Shown here one piece after another: positions 8,893 through 16,600 of a DNA stretch of 16,601 nt (position 1 is the stretch's first letter; each line of letters opens with the position of its first letter). The position numbers and the translations under genes are program-made. The DNA is taken from contig JAYGCN010000252.1 in the NCBI GenBank assembly GCA_046583315.1, forward strand, positions 1-16,601, written 5' to 3'. Source of the stretch: Candidatus Hydrogenedentota bacterium. Its GTDB lineage: Bacteria; Hydrogenedentota; Hydrogenedentia; Hydrogenedentales; GCA-2746185. A model generated the notes under the pieces. The model did not search any database. It had not been told where the DNA came from and saw only the letters and a program-made list of their open reading frames with translations.

Positions 8893-9525
8893 TTGCTTCC
8901 TCCGTTAAAGGAAACTAATCTCATCAACGAACCACTACCCGAAACCGACCCCGCCACCTGGGTCGCCGCTCACGGAGACTACCTCTATCGCTTCGCCATG
9001 CAGCGACTGCAAAATCAATCCACCGTAGAAGATGTTGTTCAAGATACCTTTCTCGCAGCAATTCGGGCTCGCGACTCCTTTTCCAATCAATCCACAATCC
9101 GAACCTGGTTAACCGGTATTCTAAAGCACAAGATTATGGATCAGTATCGAGCGATACGCCGCGAGCTCGGAGAGTTGAGTGCCGATCCCTTCGCCGCAAC
9201 GATCGATGATATCTACGACGACCGAAAGCACTTGAAGCCGCCTGCGCAACCCTGGGCAGATGACCCTCGCGAGGCTTTCGAAAAACAGGAATTCTGGACG
9301 CAGATGGACTCGTGTATTCAAAAACTACCGGAACGACAATCCATGATATTTACCATGCGCGAAATGGACGGATATTCCAGCGAAGAAATATGTAAGCTCC
9401 TGGAGATTACACCGACCAACTATTGGGTTATACTGCACCGAGGCCGTGTAGCCCTGCGCAGGTGTTTGGAGATTCACTGGTTCGGAAACAATAAGAGAGG
9501 ACGGAAGAGTCATGATCTCCTGTAA
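8893..9525 (+). CDS. ECF (sigma-70 group 4) RNA polymerase sigma factor, TIGR02943-like / Neisseria sigmaE-like
   Basis: Region 2: DPATWVAAHGDYLYRFA...EDVVQDTFLAA...S.IRTWLTGILKHKIMD. Region 4: CIQKLPERQSMIFTMREMDGYSSEEICKLLEITPTNYWVILHRGRVALRRCLEIHWF. The track's start at 8569 is overextended into the opposite gene. True start uncertain: ATG 8839, TTG 8893 or ATC 8923. Confidence 0.92.
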   Translation: MLPPLKETNLINEPLPETDPATWVAAHGDYLYRFAMQRLQNQSTVEDVVQDTFLAAIRARDSFSNQSTIRTWLTGILKHKIMDQYRAIRRELGELSADPFAATIDDIYDDRKHLKPPAQPWADDPREAFEKQEFWTQMDSCIQKLPERQSMIFTMREMDGYSSEEICKLLEITPTNYWVILHRGRVALRRCLEIHWFGNNKRGRKSHDLL

Positions 9526-9790
9526 AGACGTAGCACTCGAATTGACCGAGAGCCTCGATACAACGATTTCCTTGCCCCGGCGCATTCGGCTTAGGCTGCA
9601 CCTCGCGATATGTAAAGAATGCCAGCGCCTCAGAGGTCAACTAATTCTGCTCCGAGAAGCCGCCAAACGAGTCGATACCGATCCCTCTGCCCAGTCGATC
9701 GGCCCAAATACACGGGTCATGTCTCCCGAATTCAGGCAAAAATTATCGCAAATGGTCAATACGGCTGCGAACGAACCAGATAAACACTGA
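9512..9790 (+). CDS. Soluble zinc-finger (zf-HC2/ZAS) anti-sigma factor
   Basis: 92 aa, MISCKD...HLAICKEC (N-terminal Cys plus HxxxCxxC), no transmembrane segment, overlaps the sigma gene end by 14 nt. Confidence 0.9.
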   Translation: MISCKDVALELTESLDTTISLPRRIRLRLHLAICKECQRLRGQLILLREAAKRVDTDPSAQSIGPNTRVMSPEFRQKLSQMVNTAANEPDKH

Positions 9791-9824
9791 ACGTCTGCGG
9801 AAATCGTTTGAATCTCGAATCGCA

Positions 9825-10526
9825 TTAAAGTCCCCGCGTTTTTAGAATGTACTCTACCGCTGCGGCCGGGTCATTGGTATGAAAGAAGATTTCCGTATCA
9901 CGCGGATCAATCGTTTCATATTTCAACAGAGCCTTATCAAAAAAATCTTCCAACTCCGTCCAATACCCGTCTCCCATCATCACAATGGGAAATCGTTTTA
10001 TCGTACCCGTCTGAATCAGCGTGGCCGTCTCAAACACCTCATCCAAAGTGCCGAAACCACCCGGAAACACGATAAGCGCCGATGAATACTTAATCAACAT
10101 CACCTTACGCACAAAAAAATGCCGAAACGTGATCCATTTGTCCAGGTACGGGTTCGGTTGTTGTTCCACCGGCAACTTGATGTTGCAACCCAGCGAACGC
10201 CCCCCGGCCTCCCGCGCGCCTCGGTTCGACGCCTCCATGATGCCCGGCCCGCCACCCGTCATCACCGTCAATCCGGCCTCCGCCAGCAACTGCCCCGTCA
10301 CCCGTGCCAACTTGTAATACTCATGATCACTCGGGAATCGCGCCGACCCAAAACACGTCACGCAGGTCCCCTCATTGCGGAAGGTATGCATGCCTTGGAA
10401 AAACTCCAACCCTATTGCACAACTTCGATATAGACTGTTAAACAATTTCCCCGGTTGCTCAAGGAGATTCTCATCCTGCTCACCCAGCCGGGCCTTCCCC
10501 CAATGTCCTCCACTATTCTGTTCCAC
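9825..10526 (-). CDS. LOG family (TIGR00730 Rossmann-fold) nucleotide 5'-monophosphate phosphoribohydrolase
   Basis: 233 aa, GTG start after AAAAGGAG. Motifs FGSAR, TGGGPGIMEA, FFVRKVML, PGGFGTLDE (PGGxGTxxE). Confidence 0.93.
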   Translation of the reverse strand: MEQNSGGHWGKARLGEQDENLLEQPGKLFNSLYRSCAIGLEFFQGMHTFRNEGTCVTCFGSARFPSDHEYYKLARVTGQLLAEAGLTVMTGGGPGIMEASNRGAREAGGRSLGCNIKLPVEQQPNPYLDKWITFRHFFVRKVMLIKYSSALIVFPGGFGTLDEVFETATLIQTGTIKRFPIVMMGDGYWTELEDFFDKALLKYETIDPRDTEIFFHTNDPAAAVEYILKTRGL

Positions 10527-10738
10527 GACAACTCCTTTTCCACCAGACTCTTGCGACCGCTGATTAGCGTGGCAATCTGTATCGCCACCTCCGTATTAAA
10601 ACTACACCCTATCGAAAAAAGGCCTTCACTATCGAAGCAACGTCATTTCCTTCCTATATATTCGCAAGGAACAGCACTCTTCTGCAAACTCTGACTCCCA
10701 ACCCGAAATCAAAGCCATACAAAAACAACAAGGCATCG

Positions 10739-11136
10739 TTGGAAGCTTGGCTAATGGGTATCGTTTTTGAGGACATCTACGTGACAGATCTGTTCGATGT
10801 CATGACAAGCAACTATGAAATTGATTTCGCCATCGATCAAAACATCGTGACTCCCGATGGCTATACCGACAAAGATTACGCGCGCTATTACGGGCCTGCC
10901 CAATCCATCCCCCCTGCAAAACCTGTACACCAATCAGCAACGGGATGATCCGCCACATCAACCTGAGCAAACTGTGTCTTGGCGAACTACTCGACATTAT
11001 CGCCCGCCAGCTCAATCTCGACTACCGCACGGGGGATGGCAAAGTAATCTTCAGCACGCCGGAGCGGATTCGAGCCAGTGACCTCCGCCAAAAGAGTCTA
11101 ATAAGCGCGGCGGATTTTCTAGAGCACCTGGAATAA
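10739..11136 (+). pseudogene. Frameshifted STN-like (secretin/TonB N-terminal) domain gene fragment
   Basis: ORF 10739..10948 gives IVFEDIYVTDLFDVMTSNYEIDFAIDQNIV. The -1 frame continues ISNGMIRHINLSKLCLGELLDIIARQLNLDYRTGDGKVIFSTPERI to the stop at 11136. Together they resemble one STN-type domain. No clear RBS or signal peptide. Confidence 0.55.
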
Positions 11137-11155
11137 GGGGAAAAACATCTTATTC
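11130..11155. terminator. Weak inverted repeat between convergent genes
   Basis: GAATAAG (11130-11136) / CTTATTC (11149-11155); AT-rich and low stability. Confidence 0.25.
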
Positions 11156-11183
11156 GTCTAAACATGTAAATCTAGAGACTTCC

Positions 11184-12188
11184 CTATTCCGCTTCCGAAG
11201 CCGCCGATCGCTCCGCCCCGTACTCCTGCTCATAAAGCGTTTCAAGCGATTGCAACGCCCGCGGATCACGCTTCTTGCCCGCCAAATAGCGCTCAATATA
11301 CTGCATATTCAGACTCGGCTCCCAAGCATCATACACCTTGAAGCGCGCCTGCACATCCGCGTCATAAAGACGCCCCACAATCTCCTCCCGAAGAATCGGC
11401 AGCACATACCGCTTGCGCAGCAACCAATAATGATTCGTGTTGTACGATTCATCCAGGTCCGGCGTCATGTACGGAAGCAGATCAATCGCCCGCATCGTTG
11501 ACCATCGTCCATCCTCAAAAACAAACATCGGATCAGATTCCGAACTCATGTCGATGGCCATGCGCATCCCCTGGTAATTCGCCTCAAGGTCCGCATACGA
11601 CACTATCCCGTCCACCATGCGTCCCACCACGCTCAGCTCCCAAAGCATTCCCCAGCGGATCGTCTTCTCCTGCGCCTCCCGATCACTCATGCCCCGCTCA
11701 CGGTGCCGAACGTACTTCTCGAAGTAGCGCCGACCATAACCCAAAAAATGCCCAATCTTGTCCGTTCCCAGATACACCTCCCCCATGCGAATCGTGCGTG
11801 CCATCGGCAGATAATACGGAAACGACCGTCCCCGAAACACACTTGCCTCCTGATACTGCCACACCGACATCTCGTCCCGCGGAGGATACTCATCAATCCC
11901 CTCCCCTTCACGCAGGAATTGTCTGGCTTTCTGATTCAGCAGATGCTTGAAAATGTGTCGATAATACCCGACCGTGACCTCGTCAATCGAAGCCTCGAGC
12001 CACTTCTCGTCCTCATTCAACTCAACGACATACTCATCCAGCTGCTCATTCAACCACCCATTCAACGCCGGCGCACTATCCTCCAGCTCCACTCCCCACA
12101 CCATAAACTGGTCCGTCTCCGATGCATCGGAACAAAATGGAAACGACACGACGAGAAAAATAGCTATCATAAATCTTGAGCAATACAT
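11184..12188 (-). CDS. Secreted hypothetical protein with GTDKIGHF and SYADLEANYQG motifs
   Basis: 334-335 aa ORF (ATG 12188 or GTG 12191) with signal peptide (FMIAIFLVVSFPFCSDA-SETD), natural-looking composition, co-directional with upstream genes. Confidence 0.85.
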   Translation of the reverse strand: MYCSRFMIAIFLVVSFPFCSDASETDQFMVWGVELEDSAPALNGWLNEQLDEYVVELNEDEKWLEASIDEVTVGYYRHIFKHLLNQKARQFLREGEGIDEYPPRDEMSVWQYQEASVFRGRSFPYYLPMARTIRMGEVYLGTDKIGHFLGYGRRYFEKYVRHRERGMSDREAQEKTIRWGMLWELSVVGRMVDGIVSYADLEANYQGMRMAIDMSSESDPMFVFEDGRWSTMRAIDLLPYMTPDLDESYNTNHYWLLRKRYVLPILREEIVGRLYDADVQARFKVYDAWEPSLNMQYIERYLAGKKRDPRALQSLETLYEQEYGAERSAASEAE

Positions 12189-12194
12189 CACCGA

Positions 12195-12203
12195 AGAATA
12201 CCA
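12195..12203 (-). promoter_or_regulatory. Candidate extended -10 (TGgTATTCT) 6 nt upstream of ATG 12188; possible leaderless promoter
   Basis: Minus strand reads TGGTATTCTtcggtgATG. Confidence 0.4.
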
Positions 12204-12237
12204 GATCCCTTGCGCGACATGGGAGGGCGACGCTCAA

Positions 12238-13212
12238 TCAATACAACCCATCCATCACCTGCGCATACGGGTCCGACGTCACGAAACTCTCGCCGTATTT
12301 CACAAACGCCACATGCCCGTCCAGGTACAATACATTGTTCCCGCTTAAATGGTGATAACCAACCGGCACCGCGAACGCATTATCAAACATCACCGGAGTT
12401 CCCGATTCGGAATGAGTGAAAGTCTCCGGAGCATTGATGTCCGTAATCAAAAATCGCATAAGCCCCTCCCGCAACCGAAAAAGACGGTATGTCGCTATCT
12501 CTTCGGCTGACTGATCCAACCCCTCAATCGGAATATACGGGTCGTCCCGCCCCAAATCCCCATCCATCAACCGAATCAACTCTGCCGGATCACTATCCCG
12601 CAACGATGCAATCAAATTCGCATACAAGCCTAACTGCACCGGCACCTCCAAATCCTTCCAGATCGAATCCTCAAACCCGGCAACCTTCCCCAAACGCACA
12701 ACCGAATACTCCTCCCCCACCCGATTAGAATAATGCGCCAGGTACGTGTAACTATCCCCCGCCGTCCGAACACCACGCCCCTCCTGCGCGCACACCTGGT
12801 TAAATTCATCCACGACAACCTGCGCAATCCTTCTGGGATCTCCAATGCGGTTTTCAGAATCTTTGTAGCAAACAAATACACTAGGTTGATCCACATACTC
12901 GGGGTACATTGACGGAATATGAAACGAATTCGTGAGCACGGAATCGATTCGGCCCGTAGATTCAAACTCCAACGAGTCACAGTCGACCAGCGGCACATGA
13001 TAGAAGCCCAAGGCAGGATACATTTCGCCCCGACTCTCGTTCGCATACATCTTCATCGACAGACCTAGCTGCTTCAAATTATTCGCACAGCTCGCTCGAC
13101 GGCGAGGTCCCGGATCGCGAAGAAGAGGCGGCAGCAAGATCGCAGCAGTCAAGACAAGGATAACCAGTATCACCAGCATCTCCAACCATGTCACCCCACT
13201 CTTCTCCTCCAA
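12238..13212 (-). CDS. DUF1559 family prepilin-like protein with C-terminal H-X9-DG motif
   Basis: 324 aa, TTG start after GAGG. N-terminal G-VTWLE + hydrophobic helix, RRASCANNLKQLGLSMKMYANE, RLREGLMRFLITDINAP, HLSGNNVLYLDGHV. Confidence 0.92.
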   Translation of the reverse strand: MEEKSGVTWLEMLVILVILVLTAAILLPPLLRDPGPRRRASCANNLKQLGLSMKMYANESRGEMYPALGFYHVPLVDCDSLEFESTGRIDSVLTNSFHIPSMYPEYVDQPSVFVCYKDSENRIGDPRRIAQVVVDEFNQVCAQEGRGVRTAGDSYTYLAHYSNRVGEEYSVVRLGKVAGFEDSIWKDLEVPVQLGLYANLIASLRDSDPAELIRLMDGDLGRDDPYIPIEGLDQSAEEIATYRLFRLREGLMRFLITDINAPETFTHSESGTPVMFDNAFAVPVGYHHLSGNNVLYLDGHVAFVKYGESFVTSDPYAQVMDGLY

Positions 13213-13255
13213 TACCTCTCTGCGCCTCTACGCTAAAGTCCTTCGCCCTTCATAT

Positions 13256-14626
13256 TCAAGGCAAAGGATGCGTCATCGGCGGATTCTCGCGCGTAAACTT
13301 CACGCCCGTAAATCGATTCGTATTATCCCCGCGTCGGCGATACTCCGACGTGAAATCTCCCGTGTCTGCGCGCCACTGTTCCAGCGCGCGACTCAACTGC
13401 GCGACGACATCCGCCATCTCCGACTGATTGACGATATTGTTCGTTTCCCACGGGTCTGCCTGCACATCATACAACTCATACGCCGGACGCGGCACAACAA
13501 ACAAACCCGCCTGTGCCGGAGACAACGTGCCCGCCTTCTTCACCGTCAATAAATCCGCGAACGACGGCGACTTACCCAAATCCGCGGGCGTGCCGTGCGG
13601 CAAATCCAGATAAGCATTGCGAATCAGCTTGTATTTCTCCGTACGCACGCTGCGAATATGCTCATCACAATTATGCCAATTGCGTTCGCTGAAGACCTGC
13701 GTCGCCCCGGCTACCTCTTCACCACGAATCACCGGCATCAGACTCTTTCCCTGATACTCCCGACCCGCCGGGTCCAATCCCGCCACCTCCAGAATCGTCG
13801 GCGCCAAATCGATGACGCTCGTCAACCCCGCATACCGCCGCGCCTCATCGATCTCACCCGGCCACGCCATGATCAGCGGCGTTCCAATGCCCGAGTCATA
13901 CACCGTACCCTTCGCACGCGGAAACGGCATACCGTTATCGCTCACAAACATCACAAAGGTATTCTTCAACAGTTTTCGCTTCTTCAAAATCGCAAGATGC
14001 TCGCCAATCACGCTGTCCAATCGCGAAATTTCATCATAATAATCTGCCAAATCCTTGCGCGTCTCCGGCGTATCCACCAAATACGGCGGCACCTCTAAGG
14101 TCTTCGGGTCCTGAGGCGGATCGAAGGCGCCATCCGCATAGGGTCGATGCGCATCGCTGAATCCCACCCACATGAAAAACGGCTTCTCCTCCGCCTCGTT
14201 CAAAAAATCGTCCAGCCGCGTCAGTCCACCGTTATACCAGTCAAACTGCGCCTCCCCATGTTTTCCAAAATGCATTTTCTTCATGCCACCCGTAAAATAT
14301 CCGGCCTCACTCAAATGCGCGGGAATCATCTTCGTGCCTTCCGGCAACGGCATGTGCAAATCCTCCGCCCCCGTCGCATGTGGATACCGCCCCGTCATCA
14401 TACTGATGCGCGAAGGACTGCACTGCGCAATGGTCAGAAACGCATTCTCGAACAACAATCCACGCGCCGCCAATTTATCAATGTTTGGAGTACGAATCAC
14501 GTCATTTCCATAACACCCGAAATCTTTCCACCCCACATCATCCGTAATAAACACCAGAATATTCGGACGTTCCGCCTGAGCCAACGACGACACCCCTACG
14601 AGCAATGCACATATCAAACGAATCAT
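13256..14626 (-). CDS. Cys-type formylglycine-dependent sulfatase (N-sulfoglucosamine sulfohydrolase-like), secreted
   Basis: 456 aa, RBS AGGAG, signal peptide. Motifs RPNILVFITDD, TPNIDKLA, CSPSRISMMTG (CxPxR), KMH, DAHRPY, SDNG, YELYDVQADPWE. Confidence 0.95.
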   Translation of the reverse strand: MIRLICALLVGVSSLAQAERPNILVFITDDVGWKDFGCYGNDVIRTPNIDKLAARGLLFENAFLTIAQCSPSRISMMTGRYPHATGAEDLHMPLPEGTKMIPAHLSEAGYFTGGMKKMHFGKHGEAQFDWYNGGLTRLDDFLNEAEEKPFFMWVGFSDAHRPYADGAFDPPQDPKTLEVPPYLVDTPETRKDLADYYDEISRLDSVIGEHLAILKKRKLLKNTFVMFVSDNGMPFPRAKGTVYDSGIGTPLIMAWPGEIDEARRYAGLTSVIDLAPTILEVAGLDPAGREYQGKSLMPVIRGEEVAGATQVFSERNWHNCDEHIRSVRTEKYKLIRNAYLDLPHGTPADLGKSPSFADLLTVKKAGTLSPAQAGLFVVPRPAYELYDVQADPWETNNIVNQSEMADVVAQLSRALEQWRADTGDFTSEYRRRGDNTNRFTGVKFTRENPPMTHPLP

Positions 14627-14635
14627 ATTCTACTC

Positions 14636-15349
14636 CTACTCAGCGTCTACGAAATCCGGGTGCCCATCAATGCCTCGATGCAACGCGTCGTGCCGTTTAA
14701 CAACATCATCCAGCCTACCATCATCTGCGCCCGAAAGTTCGCGGTCAAAGAATGCGTCAATCACATCTGTCAACAAGATCAGAAGCTCGTGACCATCCAC
14801 TGTACCCACCATATCATCCGTAATCACAAACGGCACGAGCGGCTTCAGAAGCGTCAGATCTGTCCCAAAACCCTCATGCTTCAAGCCCTCCACCTGAAAC
14901 ACCTCAAGTCGTTTCGCATTGTCCCGAACCGCCTGCGGGAAATTCCGCACGCTCCAGTCCACCCACCACTCATCAACCGTTATGCCATCTTCCTCTAAAT
15001 ACTCATACGGCGGCTCGAACTCGTCATACACAAATGCAAAACTACCCGTCACGCCATCATCCATGATGGGCTGATACGTCGAGGTCCCGTCCATATTCAA
15101 CCCTGCCACAATCCGATCATCCATCGTCATCGCTACCGCCGCATTCTGTCCACCGAAGCTGTGTCCGAAGGCCCCGACCCTATCCAAATCGAATACACCC
15201 TGCATGAATTCCTTGAGCGGCGCAGTAACCTCAATTGGACCAATACGAGCCGCAAACAGCGACTGAAGCACCAATGCGACAACGACCAATCCGCATACCT
15301 GTACGCCAACAAATATTCGACCCCACCGATATCCCTTTTCGTCAGCCAT
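14636..15349 (-). CDS. PAF-acetylhydrolase-like alpha/beta hydrolase, apparently lacking its N-terminal catalytic-domain half (possible pseudogene)
   Basis: ATG 15349 after GAAGGGAG, 237 aa. One hydrophobic segment is followed almost directly by FDLDRVGAFGHSFGG (Ser at about residue 64), GLNMDG and GLKHEGFGTD. Confidence 0.75.
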   Translation of the reverse strand: MADEKGYRWGRIFVGVQVCGLVVVALVLQSLFAARIGPIEVTAPLKEFMQGVFDLDRVGAFGHSFGGQNAAVAMTMDDRIVAGLNMDGTSTYQPIMDDGVTGSFAFVYDEFEPPYEYLEEDGITVDEWWVDWSVRNFPQAVRDNAKRLEVFQVEGLKHEGFGTDLTLLKPLVPFVITDDMVGTVDGHELLILLTDVIDAFFDRELSGADDGRLDDVVKRHDALHRGIDGHPDFVDAE

Positions 15350-15375
15350 TACGATAACTCCCTTCGCGTGTCCCA

Positions 15376-15789
15376 TCACCCTGATGCAATGACACATTCA
15401 TAGCGCCGTACCGTATACTCACCCACAGTACGCTCGCTATGCCTTCGAAATCCAGACGCAAATAGCGCAGACCAAGCGAACACGCACGTAGCTTTGACCA
15501 CTCGAACATCTGGGACGTAACTCCGGAACCCGCGATTCCACGGATGATCGCAATGCGATGCAGATAGGCGGCGTCCCCTGTTGGCATGTCCGGCCAAACC
15601 ACCGGATCATCCCCAATTAAACGCCAGATAAAACTGCTTGGCCTTGATATCCCCACGCAAATTTTGTTCGGAAAGTTTCTCCAACGCCCACAGCGACTGC
15701 CCAATCGACTCCATCCACCTGGCCGCCTCAACAAGAATTGCCGACACCAATCCAACATCCTCTTCGCTGGCAAGTCTCAATTCAATCAT
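15376..15789 (-). pseudogene. GNAT family N-acetyltransferase pseudogene split over three frames
   Basis: Frame A from ATG 15789: MIELRLASEEDVGLVSAILVEAARWMESIGQSLW...QFYLA. Frame B: LIGDDPVVWPDMPTGDAAYLHRIAIIRGIAGSGVTSQMFEW...GLRYLRLD. Frame C: GFRRHSERTVGEYTVRRYE to the stop at 15376. Confidence 0.85.
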
Positions 15790-16600
15790 TAAACGATTTC
15801 TCCCCAGCAACGGAAACGCGACCCGGCACATACATCTCAACCCACAACGCGCGATGATCCGATCCCCAGCGCGGCCCTCGTTCCATATGTGTCACAACGA
15901 TCTCCGGACTCACCAGGCAATGGTCAATCGGCACCACCGGAATCTTCAATCCAAGTGCCGGCCACGTCGGCATCACCCCGAAACCCTGCCGCGCATTCCC
16001 CAAATTCGCATCCGCGAGCGCATCCCGATACACCGGCGACCACGGCGTCACATTCATATCCCCCGCAAGTACCACCAGGTCATTCTGCGCGCGTGCATGC
16101 TCCCCCATGTACGCCAACTGCCGATTCCGCATCTCCATGTGATCCGCGTCAAAGGGTGGCATCGGGTGATAATTCAGGAAAACCACCTCACGTCCATTGA
16201 TTTCAAGCACCGCATCCAACACCGGAATGCCCATCTTCAGCGGGTCCACCATCTCCATACGAGTCGCTGGAAAACGACTGAATGTCGCCATGCCGAAATT
16301 ATCAAAGCGCGCCTCGAATCGCGCATAAGGATACCGCTCTTTCACAAGCTCCCGCATCCCCTCCATCCAGTCCACCGAGATTTCCTGAAGCAAAACCACA
16401 TCCGGATCGCGCTCACGAATGTAATCGATGACTTCTTCGTAGCCATCCGGACGCGTCATCACGTTCGCGATCAGCACACGCACATTTGGTTCATGTTCCC
16501 CGGCGTGAACATCATCCCGCGCCACATACCAGCCCAATATCCCCGGCGCGTGAATGCCCAACACAACGACAGATGCTGCCACCCATCGCCAACGCCCGAT
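15782..16600 (-). CDS. Endonuclease/exonuclease/phosphatase (EEP) family protein, YafD-like, probably membrane-anchored (5' end beyond window)
   Basis: Frame is open to the right edge. Motifs ANV, PDVVLLQE, SRFP, YH..PP, LAGDMNVTPWS, PIDH, SDHRAL. Its stop overlaps the GNAT start. Confidence 0.92.
   Translation of the reverse strand: MGRWRWVAASVVVLGIHAPGILGWYVARDDVHAGEHEPNVRVLIANVMTRPDGYEEVIDYIRERDPDVVLLQEISVDWMEGMRELVKERYPYARFEARFDNFGMATFSRFPATRMEMVDPLKMGIPVLDAVLEINGREVVFLNYHPMPPFDADHMEMRNRQLAYMGEHARAQNDLVVLAGDMNVTPWSPVYRDALADANLGNARQGFGVMPTWPALGLKIPVVPIDHCLVSPEIVVTHMERGPRWGSDHRALWVEMYVPGRVSVAGEKSFND

Noticed and set aside
11132..11162. ATAAG-N17-CGTCTAAA, resembling an ECF promoter on the + strand
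   Set aside because: It points into the 3' end of a convergent gene with no sense target, and the -35 is imperfect.
14147..14998. 283-aa + strand ORF (and 13595..14098)
   Set aside because: Antisense shadows of the sulfatase and hydrolase genes.
15342..15773. 143-aa ORF as an intact GNAT
   Set aside because: Only its middle is GNAT-like; the true N- and C-terminal parts lie in the other two frames.
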